Source of the DNA: a virus
Virus record (IMG/VR): IMGVR_UViG_3300029796_000300
Length of the DNA stretch: 64,000 bases
Reading direction: 5' to 3' (one strand)
A model generated the notes under the pieces. It searched no databases, was not told the DNA's origin, and worked only from the letters and a program-made list of their open reading frames with translations. A program made the position numbers and the translations under genes. Within the stretch, counting starts at the first letter, position 1, and each line of letters starts with the position of its first letter. Shown piece by piece: positions 47,523 to 57,169 of the stretch.

Positions 47523-50168
47523 TTACTTTCGCTTATCGCGCAAGGGACCTACGCGAGGAGGCTTCTTGCCCTTGCTCTGTTCCTCCGGCTTGGGGCCTCC
47601 TCCGCCATTGCGGGAGCCGTCATCCCGCTGCCTGCCTTCGCTGCGCGGGGCAGATTCCGGAGAAGAAGGTGTCTGCGGCGTACCGGAAGCCGGCGTACCG
47701 GACGACTGGTCGTTGATAACCTCGATACGCTGTGCAGGCGTATAGCTGGGGGGCTGATTGATGATGGTGTTTTGTGTGACCGTCCGAGGTTCACCGCCGC
47801 TTCCGCCCGAAGCAGCACCCGCATCTCTGGCGGAAGGTTCGTAAGAGTGGGCTTCTCCACCGCCGGAGGGAGTCTCGTAAGTATGACGCTCACCGCCTGC
47901 GGCACCACCTGCGTCTTCGGAACGACGCTCATAAGTGCGCGTCTCTCCGCCGCTGGAAGGAGTCTCGTGAGTACGGGAACTTTCTGTTCCTCTGCCGGTA
48001 TTCGGCAGAGAATCGTCCGTACGAGGCTCATACCGCGTACTTGCAGCAATATTCTGTGCGACAGGTCTGCCCTGCTCAAATCTGGGGTTCTCGATATCCT
48101 GAAGTCCGCCGCCTTCCTGAACAGCGCGAGACCAATCTTCGACGCTACCCTGAGTCTGGTCCACATCCATTGCTCTCGCATAGAAAATCTCCCCGTTCTT
48201 CGAGGGAATCTGCTGCATCTGAGCCTGCTGGATAGAGGACATCTGCTTATAGGCAGTCTCGTCCATGATTTCCAGACGCTTGAACTTCGGGACTTCCGTT
48301 CCGTCCTCATAGGTGCGGCCGGAACTGCCGGGAACGGCGCAGAGACCGCTGACCACTCGGCCGCCGCCCCACTGATTCCCTGCTTCATCAGTGTATAGGG
48401 GCTGTGTCTCTGCACGGATATTGCTGAGGCGACTGGCCGCCGCCGTGCCGGACTGGTCGCCTACGCGGAGATTTTCTCCGAAAGTATTGGAGAGTGCTGC
48501 CTGCGCAAGCGTATCGTTGCCAGAAATATTCTTTCTGTCGTTGAAGAGGACTTCCTGCGCGACAACAGGCGAGCCATGCGCGAGCGTATTCGCAAGCGTG
48601 CTCTGATACGCATTGGTCGAGTCTTCCTGCTGCGCCTTCATATTTTCCAGATTTTCCGGAGATAGGCTGGCGGGATTGACGTCATGGAACTCCGTGTCCG
48701 GAGCAAAATCAGTCAATTCGGTCTTATCAAAGTTATCCTGAATATGCGCGGCCACAGCGCTGTCCGGGCCAACCAGCATTCCGTCCTTGTCATCCCCAAA
48801 CGGGAACGAGGTCATCAGGCCGGCATTTTTGGCTTCCGGAGACAGTTCGAAATTGGCTTTGTTGTCGCCGTCGGGTCCAATCAAGGCACAACCTGCACCG
48901 TTTGTCTCCAAATTCATGCGGGCAAACTGCTGTGCAGACATACCCATCTTCTTGGCATTGTCCTGGAAATCCTGTTGACCTGTACGGCCTCCGCCGTTCT
49001 CTCCGACGGGTCCGCTCTGCCGCTGGACCTTCTCCTGCCATGCGGCGGCACTTTCCTGAGAGCGTTTTGCCGTTGCCACAGCGTTTGCATTGCGGGGGGT
49101 GAACTGGTTCATGCCCCAGTCTCCAGCAGGAGTTTTCGCGTAATCCCTGGCCGCCTTTCTCGCGGCACGGCTGTCCGCCGGACTATTCCCCTGAGCGAAT
49201 GCGTCATTGTACGCTCGCTTCCCACGAAAGAGATTGCCGAACGTGCTGTTGTTGCCGGAAAGAGCGTCTCCTTTGGATGCCTTCTGAGCTGCACCGCCAA
49301 ATGCGTGCTTGAGTGCATAGCCGACTGCCATAGCGTTTCCAAGAATGCCTTCTCCGGTCGTCGGAACACCGATGCCGAGTTGCTGCATATAGGAATCCAC
49401 CCGCTGTGCGATTTTGCACATGGTCAGGCACATAATCAGCTTTGCAATAACGGAGTTTCCTCCGCTCGTTGAACTGAGTGCGGAAATAGATAGTTTGGTA
49501 AAGAGTACGGAGAGCGACATCAGGGCGCATTCACCGCAGAACATTCCTACCCATCGTTGAAATACAGTAGCCGTCGCGGCAGAGGACAGGAACGGGTAAA
49601 TGAGAGGCGATGTATAAACAAGAACGCCGACCATCAGGTATCGCTCAACACACTCCAGCAACAGCTTGATAAGGTTCCATGCAATCGCAATGATTAGAAC
49701 GAGTGAGACAAGCAGCCCAGCAGCTCCGACACCTACGGCAGCGGACAAGTCTGTTAAGAGGCTGTCAGGTATGCCAAAATGATGGGTGATAGCGTCAGAC
49801 CCAACAAAGATGTCGTATGGGACTTTCGCGATGCCCACAACTGCGGAAAGAAGATAGCCGCCGAGATAAATGAGAACCGTGGCGAGTGCGGCTCGAACAA
49901 GGATTTGCGTGGGAGTATCCTGCGCTTTGGACAGGCTGCCGAGGAATACTTTGAACAAATTGACAGCCGCAATGGCAAGGACCAATCCCAGACCGCAGGC
50001 TTGTAGAATTGCATAGGCTGTGCCGAAATATGGAAAATTCTGATAAAGGTCTCCCAGGGTAAAGTTCAGGAGACCCCCATCGTTTCCATTGCCGAAGAAG
50101 AAATTGACAAACAACTGCAATCCTTCTCCGACCGCACTGAGCAGCCAGGAAAATATAGTTTCGAGCAT
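47523..50168 (-). CDS. large polytopic membrane protein, TrbL/VirB6-like (TcpH-like) with Gly/Ser/Pro-rich C-terminal tail
   Basis: Multiple TM helices in first ~300 aa; low-complexity C-terminus. Confidence 0.6.
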   Translation of the reverse strand: MLETIFSWLLSAVGEGLQLFVNFFFGNGNDGGLLNFTLGDLYQNFPYFGTAYAILQACGLGLVLAIAAVNLFKVFLGSLSKAQDTPTQILVRAALATVLIYLGGYLLSAVVGIAKVPYDIFVGSDAITHHFGIPDSLLTDLSAAVGVGAAGLLVSLVLIIAIAWNLIKLLLECVERYLMVGVLVYTSPLIYPFLSSAATATVFQRWVGMFCGECALMSLSVLFTKLSISALSSTSGGNSVIAKLIMCLTMCKIAQRVDSYMQQLGIGVPTTGEGILGNAMAVGYALKHAFGGAAQKASKGDALSGNNSTFGNLFRGKRAYNDAFAQGNSPADSRAARKAARDYAKTPAGDWGMNQFTPRNANAVATAKRSQESAAAWQEKVQRQSGPVGENGGGRTGQQDFQDNAKKMGMSAQQFARMNLETNGAGCALIGPDGDNKANFELSPEAKNAGLMTSFPFGDDKDGMLVGPDSAVAAHIQDNFDKTELTDFAPDTEFHDVNPASLSPENLENMKAQQEDSTNAYQSTLANTLAHGSPVVAQEVLFNDRKNISGNDTLAQAALSNTFGENLRVGDQSGTAAASRLSNIRAETQPLYTDEAGNQWGGGRVVSGLCAVPGSSGRTYEDGTEVPKFKRLEIMDETAYKQMSSIQQAQMQQIPSKNGEIFYARAMDVDQTQGSVEDWSRAVQEGGGLQDIENPRFEQGRPVAQNIAASTRYEPRTDDSLPNTGRGTESSRTHETPSSGGETRTYERRSEDAGGAAGGERHTYETPSGGGEAHSYEPSARDAGAASGGSGGEPRTVTQNTIINQPPSYTPAQRIEVINDQSSGTPASGTPQTPSSPESAPRSEGRQRDDGSRNGGGGPKPEEQSKGKKPPRVGPLRDKRK

Positions 50169-50197
50169 GAGCTATTTCACCTCCACTTCCGCTGCCG

Positions 50198-50608
50198 TCA
50201 CCAGGTAAAATCTGGATGTGCGGGGTCCCATTTGACCCCGTTCAACGAGTTGTATGCTGCTGAAATGACCAGCGGCAATAAGTACAACGCCATGAGCGCA
50301 ATCAGGGACATCTTTATCATGGAGAAGCCCCTTTCCGCATCTTTCTCAGACCCCAAAAAAGCAATAAGGCCCCCGACAGTAATCGTGACAAGTGCGAATG
50401 GGGCTGCCATGCTGAGAATAAACTTGTAGGTTGCGCTGATGCGGTCCCGATACTCCCGCATAGACGAGTCGGATACATTCGTACCAAACTCTACATCCGG
50501 GGACCACGGGTCTGCCGCAAACACAGGCGCAGAAAGCGTCAGGCTGACCGACACGATGCAGAGAGCTACTAAAATGGGAATCAAAAATCTATGAATTCGT
50601 TCATCCAT
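50198..50608 (-). CDS. small secreted/membrane protein (signal peptide + hydrophobic segments)
   Basis: 136-aa ORF. Confidence 0.5.
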   Translation of the reverse strand: MDERIHRFLIPILVALCIVSVSLTLSAPVFAADPWSPDVEFGTNVSDSSMREYRDRISATYKFILSMAAPFALVTITVGGLIAFLGSEKDAERGFSMIKMSLIALMALYLLPLVISAAYNSLNGVKWDPAHPDFTW

Positions 50609-50794
50609 AAAAAACAGGGCAAGGATACCCCCGCCCTACAAAGCCGGCGGAAGAACTGCCCGTCCTCCTTTCCGAAAATAGAAAATAAAAGAGGGCTTGC
50701 GGAATCCGGTGTGGGCCGGACTCCTGACAAGCTCTCTGTATATTGACACCCACAAAACAAGAGCGATGGATGACTGGCTCAGAAGCCTGAGCCA

Positions 50795-51205
50795 TCAGCC
50801 AAAGATTTGGTTTGTGGAGTTGTCAGCGATATTGCCAATCGCGCCGGTAACGGTCGTAACGAACAGCGGAGCAAGGAAGATAACACCGACAACAAAAAGA
50901 ATCTTAACGATGTTGTCCTTGCACTTCTCCATGCCTTTCTCCGTACCAATCAGAGCCTTGACGACATTGAAGCCGATACCAACCAGCGCCAGAGGCGCGG
51001 TAATCGCTTGCAGCATATCCCAGAGGCCCTTCAGAATACTCTTACCGGCCGTCGTGATTTGCTGGAAGCCCTGCGCGGTGTCCGTATTCGCCGCAAAAGC
51101 GGTGACGGTAAACATAGCAGCCGTCAGGCACACGACCGTTGCTAAAGAAACGATGCGGGCGCGGACGCGCTGTCTCTCTTGAATTTGTTCGAGATTGCTA
51201 TTCAT
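50795..51205 (-). CDS. small hydrophobic protein with signal peptide, possibly VirB2/pilin-like
   Basis: MNSNLEQIQ start with AGGAG RBS; signal peptide ...VTAFAAN; two hydrophobic helices. Confidence 0.4.
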   Translation of the reverse strand: MNSNLEQIQERQRVRARIVSLATVVCLTAAMFTVTAFAANTDTAQGFQQITTAGKSILKGLWDMLQAITAPLALVGIGFNVVKALIGTEKGMEKCKDNIVKILFVVGVIFLAPLFVTTVTGAIGNIADNSTNQIFG

Positions 51206-51412
51206 TATAGAAAAATCGCTCCTGTCTCGCGCCCAGAATATTTTTCGCTCAAAGTCAAATCCCTCACCCACATGGGGAATCCAGCTCCGGGCCAGAGGTG
51301 CTTGACGCGGCGCTCCTCTTAGTCTAACTTTCCCACCCTTTCTCAAAAAGTCAAAATTCAGGCCCCTCCTTATACCACACATGGGCAACACTTTAAGAAG
51401 GCCGTGAGCGCA

Positions 51413-51441
51413 AAAAAAGAGCCTCTGCGTTAAGCAGAGGC
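51413..51441 (-). terminator. intrinsic terminator after primase gene (GCCTCTGC..GCAGAGGC + T7)
   Basis: Hairpin + TTTTTTT in gene sense. Confidence 0.6.
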
Positions 51442-52914
51442 CCCTTCACCGCCTGTGGCGGTTCTGATAGACAACAGATAGTCGTCAATTCCCTTGGTCT
51501 TATCAGACCAGTAGTGTTTCTCTTCCAGCCCATCTGCGTTCTTGACGCGGCTGTGCCGGATATTTCGCTTTGCAAGCTCCTGAGAAACATTTGCAAGGTC
51601 TGTGAACACGTTGAAGGTGGTCGGAACGAAAATGCCATGCTCACAACAGATTGCATTCAGTTCGCTGAGTTTCTGTTGTGCATATTCCGCATCCCAGCAT
51701 TTCTCTGCGAGTTTGATGCCGCATCCTGCGGCGATAGCTCGAACACGCTTTCCCGCCTTTGCGACATTGACATTTGTGACCTTATCCATGTCAAATACAT
51801 TGAATACCGTTTCAACACCTTTGCCTTTCAGCCATGCGAAAATTGCTGGCAAGGTTTTGGTATTGGACGTTCCGTGCAGCGCAATGAAAAACATCTTTCG
51901 ATTGCCCTTTAATTCAACTGCCGCATCCGCCTTGAGAGGGCCTTCCGTAATGCAGACAGCGGTTTCCGGGTCATCCAGGCTATCGTTCCCAAGTGGGAAA
52001 TGCGCCTGACTGATATCCGTGGTAACGCCGTCTGGCAGGCCCTTCGCGGAGATGGTCATGTACCGAAGAAACTCCTTGTTCTGACCGGTACGTTTGCAGT
52101 AATCGTTCCAGTCGGACGGTTTATCCCGCCGTACTTGCAGGGCAACGATTTGACCTACCGCATTTCGTGTTGGAATCAGCATCCCCGGTTCAAGGTTGAA
52201 GCACCACACGCCGTCTATCCGGAAAAAACCGGGTACGCCTCGCAGCTCGCATCCGCATTTGGCAAGGATGGAGGCCGCAATGAGACCTGCGATAAGCCGT
52301 TCTGGGGTACGGCGCTTGAGGATATTGTCCTTGCGAATAGACGGAATCAGCTTCTGATACTGCTCCTTCGCTTTCCGGTAACGGTTGACCCACGGAAAAT
52401 CGGCCGAAATGCTTCGATACCCGTTTCGCTCAATCGTTTCATCGGAAAAGCCGCGCCTGTGCAGGTTCTCACGGTGCAGGTCAGAAAGCTGAAAGAACTT
52501 GATGTCCAAGAGCTTCCGATACGCCTTATCCACCACCTCGTCGCTGGCGCGGTGGATTTCCACGACCTCCGGGAGTTGTGCTTTCTGTACGCGGCTGCGA
52601 ACTGGGGCTTCGATGTGCAGGTCGTCGCAGAGCTTTCGGTACATTTCCCTGCTGTTCTGTCCCTTGACACAGCGAACGCCATGTGCAACGCGGGCATACA
52701 GGTCCAACGCTCCTTGCCCCTTCTCACCTCCGGAGCACTTCACACACGAATACGCATTCTTGACGGTATTGATATTCATGTGATATTTGGTGTCATTGCA
52801 AAACGGACAACGAACGTTGAAAGACGTCCCATTAAAATCCGATTGCGGAGACACCTTTAAGCCAAGCAGTTTGACAACCTCTCGGATGTCAATGCTGAAT
52901 TTATCGTAGCCCAT
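51430..52914 (-). CDS. DNA primase-like protein (CHC2 zinc finger N-terminal + TOPRIM-like region)
   Basis: CPFCNDTKYHMNINTVKNAYSCVKCSGG zinc finger. Confidence 0.65.
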   Translation of the reverse strand: MGYDKFSIDIREVVKLLGLKVSPQSDFNGTSFNVRCPFCNDTKYHMNINTVKNAYSCVKCSGGEKGQGALDLYARVAHGVRCVKGQNSREMYRKLCDDLHIEAPVRSRVQKAQLPEVVEIHRASDEVVDKAYRKLLDIKFFQLSDLHRENLHRRGFSDETIERNGYRSISADFPWVNRYRKAKEQYQKLIPSIRKDNILKRRTPERLIAGLIAASILAKCGCELRGVPGFFRIDGVWCFNLEPGMLIPTRNAVGQIVALQVRRDKPSDWNDYCKRTGQNKEFLRYMTISAKGLPDGVTTDISQAHFPLGNDSLDDPETAVCITEGPLKADAAVELKGNRKMFFIALHGTSNTKTLPAIFAWLKGKGVETVFNVFDMDKVTNVNVAKAGKRVRAIAAGCGIKLAEKCWDAEYAQQKLSELNAICCEHGIFVPTTFNVFTDLANVSQELAKRNIRHSRVKNADGLEEKHYWSDKTKGIDDYLLSIRTATGGEGASA

Positions 52915-52984
52915 CCGAGCAGGCTCCTTTCTTCATTTTTGCGCGGCGGGGGTAGAAACCCCCGCCGTTGTGTGTTTGATACGC

Positions 52985-53773
52985 TCAACCGGCTTTGCTC
53001 TGCGTAATGACCTGTGCAGCCTCATGCAGCTGCGGGTAAGTATCCCTGCGGGAGAAGCGGTCGCTTGCGTAGAACTCCACCAGACTGCGGTCAATCGTCA
53101 TCAGCTCACCAAGCGTCTTCTTGGCGTAGTTGCCGAACGGAACGATGACCTGTCTCGCTGCGTCAAGAGACATCTGCATATTCGCAGCCGCCTTTGCCGG
53201 AGCCTGTGTGGGCTGGGTGACAGGGGTGCTGGCCGCCGGACTGGTCGCCGGAATCATGGGGTTATTCTTGGAGGACGGAATCAGGGGATTCGTCTCCACG
53301 AAAGCAACGCCTTCATCGGGAGACGGAATGGAATCCGGGTCATTGGCTATGCCGGTGCTGATTTTGTACGTCTTCATCAAAGCGTACTTATCGGCGTAGG
53401 TCATAGCCTTACCGGGAGCCTTATCTCCGGAATCCATACCCGTGCCGAAGCTGACGGTCTCCAGACAGTCTGTCGGCTCGTCAACGTTGACAAAACGGTA
53501 GACCTCAGTTACCGTCGCCATAACCAAGCGGACCAAACGCTGCTCACCGTTCCACATATACGGCTTCTCGACGATTTTCTGGTCGAGGGTGCGGCTGACC
53601 GCGTAAGAAAAGACGCCGTGCTTCTCTTCCAGCGGCTTGACTGCCGCAAGAATCGTAGCCTCGGAGGTTGCGCTGTACGCCTTATCCCCCTCACCAACGG
53701 TCAGGTCCTTGGCAATAGCGCCCAGTTCTGCGGTGATTGCCGCCACACGCTGAAAAATATTCTTATTGCTCAT
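52985..53773 (-). CDS. ERF-family single-strand annealing protein
   Basis: IFQRVAAI...GKAMTYADKYALMKTY pattern; Pro/Ala-rich linker. Confidence 0.6.
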   Translation of the reverse strand: MSNKNIFQRVAAITAELGAIAKDLTVGEGDKAYSATSEATILAAVKPLEEKHGVFSYAVSRTLDQKIVEKPYMWNGEQRLVRLVMATVTEVYRFVNVDEPTDCLETVSFGTGMDSGDKAPGKAMTYADKYALMKTYKISTGIANDPDSIPSPDEGVAFVETNPLIPSSKNNPMIPATSPAASTPVTQPTQAPAKAAANMQMSLDAARQVIVPFGNYAKKTLGELMTIDRSLVEFYASDRFSRRDTYPQLHEAAQVITQSKAG

Positions 53774-53779
53774 ATTCGA

Positions 53780-54727
53780 TTAAACTCCTTCCTTCTGCCG
53801 TGCCAGATACTCCTGACGTTCGGCCTCCTTTTTGTTCTCTCCTTCGATGATGACGGGGATGCACATGGCATTCTCCCACGTTTCGATGAAGCGTGTTACG
53901 CGATACATCATGCGGTACATATCGCGGTCAGAAACCTGGATAAATACCTCCACCTTGTTTCGCATGGATTTTCCGTCGAATGTCGTGGCCCCGGTCGCCT
54001 GCTCAATCACCTTGGCATCGCCGTTGGTGATTTTCAGGACCCAAGGATACATTGCAAGGTCTCCGTCCTGACGAACGCTGTCATGCGTGACTGTCAGCAT
54101 AGACACCGGCGCAAATCCGTCCGTGCCTTTCTTGTAGGTATTGACCTTGGACATGGCATACTGGTAGTCCATTCGGTGCGGAAATTTGAGCGCAGTCCCA
54201 ATGTCCGCATCCGCGATAGCAGTGCGGGCTTCTTTCAGAACTGTGCCGGCTGCCATGAGGATATCCTTCTTTTCTGCTCCCTTAACGGCCTTGGCCACAA
54301 TGCTTACGCTCTTGCTCAGAAGACTGCCATAAGCCTTCGCAACGCTGGCAGTGCGATGAATCGACTTCATCAGACCATTGACAGCATTGGGGGCCAAAAC
54401 AGTCTCCCATGGCTTCTGCGCATCCTTCGCGACACGTCCAATCAGCGGAACAGCCATCGTACCGACATTGCAGCGGCAAACGGTGAGCCATTCGTCGAAC
54501 ATGGTCGGGTCAATATTCACGGAACAGGTGACACTTTTATCGCCCGTTCCCTTCGTGAAATCACAGATGACCATTTCGATGACAGAGGGAAAGGTCTTTC
54601 CTCCATTTTTCTTGCCGCCAGACTGGTGCATCATCGCATACTCGTCAGGCAGCGACCGGCTCAGCTTGTCGCGAAAGTCAACGACTTTATCCTTGCCGTT
54701 ACACTTGGTAATCACATTTGTTACCAT
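53780..54727 (-). CDS. hypothetical protein cotranscribed with ERF
   Basis: 315-aa ORF after leader copy 5. Confidence 0.6.
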   Translation of the reverse strand: MVTNVITKCNGKDKVVDFRDKLSRSLPDEYAMMHQSGGKKNGGKTFPSVIEMVICDFTKGTGDKSVTCSVNIDPTMFDEWLTVCRCNVGTMAVPLIGRVAKDAQKPWETVLAPNAVNGLMKSIHRTASVAKAYGSLLSKSVSIVAKAVKGAEKKDILMAAGTVLKEARTAIADADIGTALKFPHRMDYQYAMSKVNTYKKGTDGFAPVSMLTVTHDSVRQDGDLAMYPWVLKITNGDAKVIEQATGATTFDGKSMRNKVEVFIQVSDRDMYRMMYRVTRFIETWENAMCIPVIIEGENKKEAERQEYLARQKEGV

Positions 54728-54763
54728 TTTTTCTGATTCTCCTTACTTGTTATTTTTTTGATT

Positions 54764-54917
54764 TATATAAAAGCCTGCGCCCGTTGGGTGCAGACTGAAC
54801 TTTCATTATGTTTGTGATACTTCCTTTGTATGGTCTCAGCATACCGACTTTTTTCTCGCTTACAGAATTGCGCTGTGCAGGAATATAGGTTCTTAGGAAT
54901 AGAAGTACCCAAGAACC
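54764..54917 (-). promoter_or_regulatory. conserved leader element (type B) copy 5; hairpin CTGCGCCC-GTT-GGGTGCAG
   Basis: Alignment with other copies. Confidence 0.6.
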
Positions 54918-54922
54918 AAAGA

Positions 54923-54960
54923 AGGGCAAAAAGAAATCCGGGCCAGAAGGCCCGGATTAT
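54923..54960 (-). terminator. intrinsic terminator after zincin-vWA gene (ATCCGGGCC..GGCCCGGAT + T-tract)
   Basis: Perfect 9-bp GC stem + TTCTTTTT. Confidence 0.65.
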
Positions 54961-54961
54961 C

Positions 54962-57103
54962 TCAAATATTGCGCAGAATCCTCTTCTTCACCATCCCTGT
55001 GAGCATCTTCGGAAATTTGCTCAGGTCGGTGATGTCGAGAAAGCCGTCACCGTAAATTGCCTGGATGTGCTCCTTGTCGTTGCCAATAGCTGCCGCAAAA
55101 ACCTCGATACCGTTCCGTCGTGCGGATTTCACGATATTCTGGATATCTGCTCTGGCACTACTGCCGGAATAGTTTCCGTCATTAGGCTGTCCATCGCTGA
55201 TGACAAACATCAGCTTGACCTCCTCCGGCCTCTTTGCAAGAAGGCCAACGGAGGCTGCGATGGCAGCGCCATCACGGTTACAGCCCCCTGTGCTCAGTTT
55301 GGCAAGCCGGAAGGCATCCTGCTTCCCGATGGCATCAAAGCGGGAGAACACATAGTATTCGGCACATCCCCTTGTCTGGGTATTGTGGCCGGCAACCATG
55401 ACTGGAATGCCCAGTCCCGTCGCAAAGTCATAGAGCAGCATGGCCGCCCGCATTGCGGAGTTCATCCGTGCGCCCTGCATGGAGCCGGACATATCAACCA
55501 AAACGCTGACCGCCATAGACGGATAGTCCTGCGGCAGCTTCTTGCTGGCATAGAACTTCTGGTCCGGACGATAGGCATTCTTGATTTCAAGACGGTTGCC
55601 AATGATGCGGTGATGAAGGATAGAACCCTGCTGGATATCAGCCAGAGCTTCCCGAATGAGTTTCTGAAGCCTGCGGGAATATCCCTTCAGGTCAGCCATC
55701 TGCCGCTCATACAGCTTTTTGTCCTGCTCTGTAACGCCTAAGATGCGATGGGGCCTGATATGGCCTCGATGCGTGGGGCCAAGCTCCAACTGGGGGATTT
55801 CTGCCATCAGGTCGGACGTAATGTCCGCCTCCAGCTTTTCCTCCGCCTTCTGGTCGCTGATGCCCCGTGCGATAGCTTCCAAGGCCTCTTTGATTTGCTT
55901 GTCCGTCCCATTCGTATTCGCCGAAGCCTTCGTTTGGGGGGAAGTTTTCTGTCCGCCTTGCGCCTGCTGACCCTTTTGGGCCTGCTTGCGATTTGCGGAA
56001 GCAACTTTGGACGTAGACTGGTTCTGCGGGGCGGCGTTCGCACCGGTATTCGATGCGGTCTGAGCAAGGCCGTTTACAACAGCCTGAATAGCAGCGGCAG
56101 AATGATTCATCGACTGAGTGTTGCCGGAGCTGTTCGGATTCCCGCTTCCAGGATTTCCGTTCGAGCCGGTCTGCCCATCGCTGGAATCGCCGTTGCTGTT
56201 GCTCTGGGGATTTCCCGCTCCCGTCTGATTCTGTTGCTGTTCCGCTTCATCCAGGGCCTCTTTGATGATGGGCCACATGATAAGAAAGATTTCGTTGATT
56301 TGCGTAAAACGATATGCAACGTCATCTGTCCATCTGGCCTGACTCAAGGGCTTTGCCATGTCAATGACCATCTTCATGATGTCGTTGTCACGCACGCACT
56401 GTTCAAGGTCTCTTGCGAAGACATCCTCGAATCGGGCAAACTCAAGCATCAGGGCATAGAGCTTTTGCAGCTTGGTTGCCTTATCATTTGCGAGGATGTT
56501 TTCCGCATAATCGAAACTGCGGAACAGAGCCTCACGCGATGTTGCGATTCCCTTTTCCACTATGCCGCCGAACTCGTCGATGATTTTGCCTTCATCGTGC
56601 GGGTCATCAATGGTGTTGGTCACATCGTTGAAAATCTGCTGAAACAGCGGCCGGTACGCACTGTTCTGAAGCGCGTCCTTCATTTCAGTCAATGCGTCAA
56701 CCTCTGCCTGAGTCTTCGGCACCGGCAGTTCTCCGTAGAACTCTCCGGCCTTGATTTTATCAATGGCCTTCTGCTCCTCCGCAAAATCGCAATAGATGAT
56801 ATGTGCAATTTCGTGGAAATGGATACCCAGCAGAGCCGTAAACTTGGCATAGATGTCATTGTACGCCTCCGTGATGGTATTTTCAGGTACGAGATACTCC
56901 TTCTTTCCGTCCGTCCAACCTGGTGCAATGCCTGTCGGCAGAATTGTCAGGGACAGTCGCTTAGTGATGCCGCAATGCCGCAACAGCGTCTCCCCCATCT
57001 TTTGCAGATAGCTGGAAAACTCAGCGGAGTGGAAGAGTTCTTCGGACCTCAAGTTCTTGCGCTCTTCAGAACTCAGCTTCCTGAGCTGGTGTTCGTATTT
57101 CAT
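54962..57103 (-). CDS. von Willebrand factor A (vWA) domain protein with N-terminal HExxH zincin-like segment and Gly/Ser/Asn-rich linker
   Basis: FHEIAHII; VLVDMSGSM (MIDAS-like DxSxS), ISDGQPND. Confidence 0.75.
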   Translation of the reverse strand: MKYEHQLRKLSSEERKNLRSEELFHSAEFSSYLQKMGETLLRHCGITKRLSLTILPTGIAPGWTDGKKEYLVPENTITEAYNDIYAKFTALLGIHFHEIAHIIYCDFAEEQKAIDKIKAGEFYGELPVPKTQAEVDALTEMKDALQNSAYRPLFQQIFNDVTNTIDDPHDEGKIIDEFGGIVEKGIATSREALFRSFDYAENILANDKATKLQKLYALMLEFARFEDVFARDLEQCVRDNDIMKMVIDMAKPLSQARWTDDVAYRFTQINEIFLIMWPIIKEALDEAEQQQNQTGAGNPQSNSNGDSSDGQTGSNGNPGSGNPNSSGNTQSMNHSAAAIQAVVNGLAQTASNTGANAAPQNQSTSKVASANRKQAQKGQQAQGGQKTSPQTKASANTNGTDKQIKEALEAIARGISDQKAEEKLEADITSDLMAEIPQLELGPTHRGHIRPHRILGVTEQDKKLYERQMADLKGYSRRLQKLIREALADIQQGSILHHRIIGNRLEIKNAYRPDQKFYASKKLPQDYPSMAVSVLVDMSGSMQGARMNSAMRAAMLLYDFATGLGIPVMVAGHNTQTRGCAEYYVFSRFDAIGKQDAFRLAKLSTGGCNRDGAAIAASVGLLAKRPEEVKLMFVISDGQPNDGNYSGSSARADIQNIVKSARRNGIEVFAAAIGNDKEHIQAIYGDGFLDITDLSKFPKMLTGMVKKRILRNI

Positions 57104-57169
57104 ATTCTTTCTCCTTTTTCAGAGAATGGGGACCATGCGGCCCCCATTCTCAGTGTGTTGTGTGGAAAA

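Noticed and set aside
52920-52960. GC hairpin CGGCGGGGG..CCCCCGCCG as a terminator between the ERF and primase genes
   Set aside because: The T-tract is on the plus-strand side only (the wrong side for minus-strand transcription). It may be a weak bidirectional structure. Not called.
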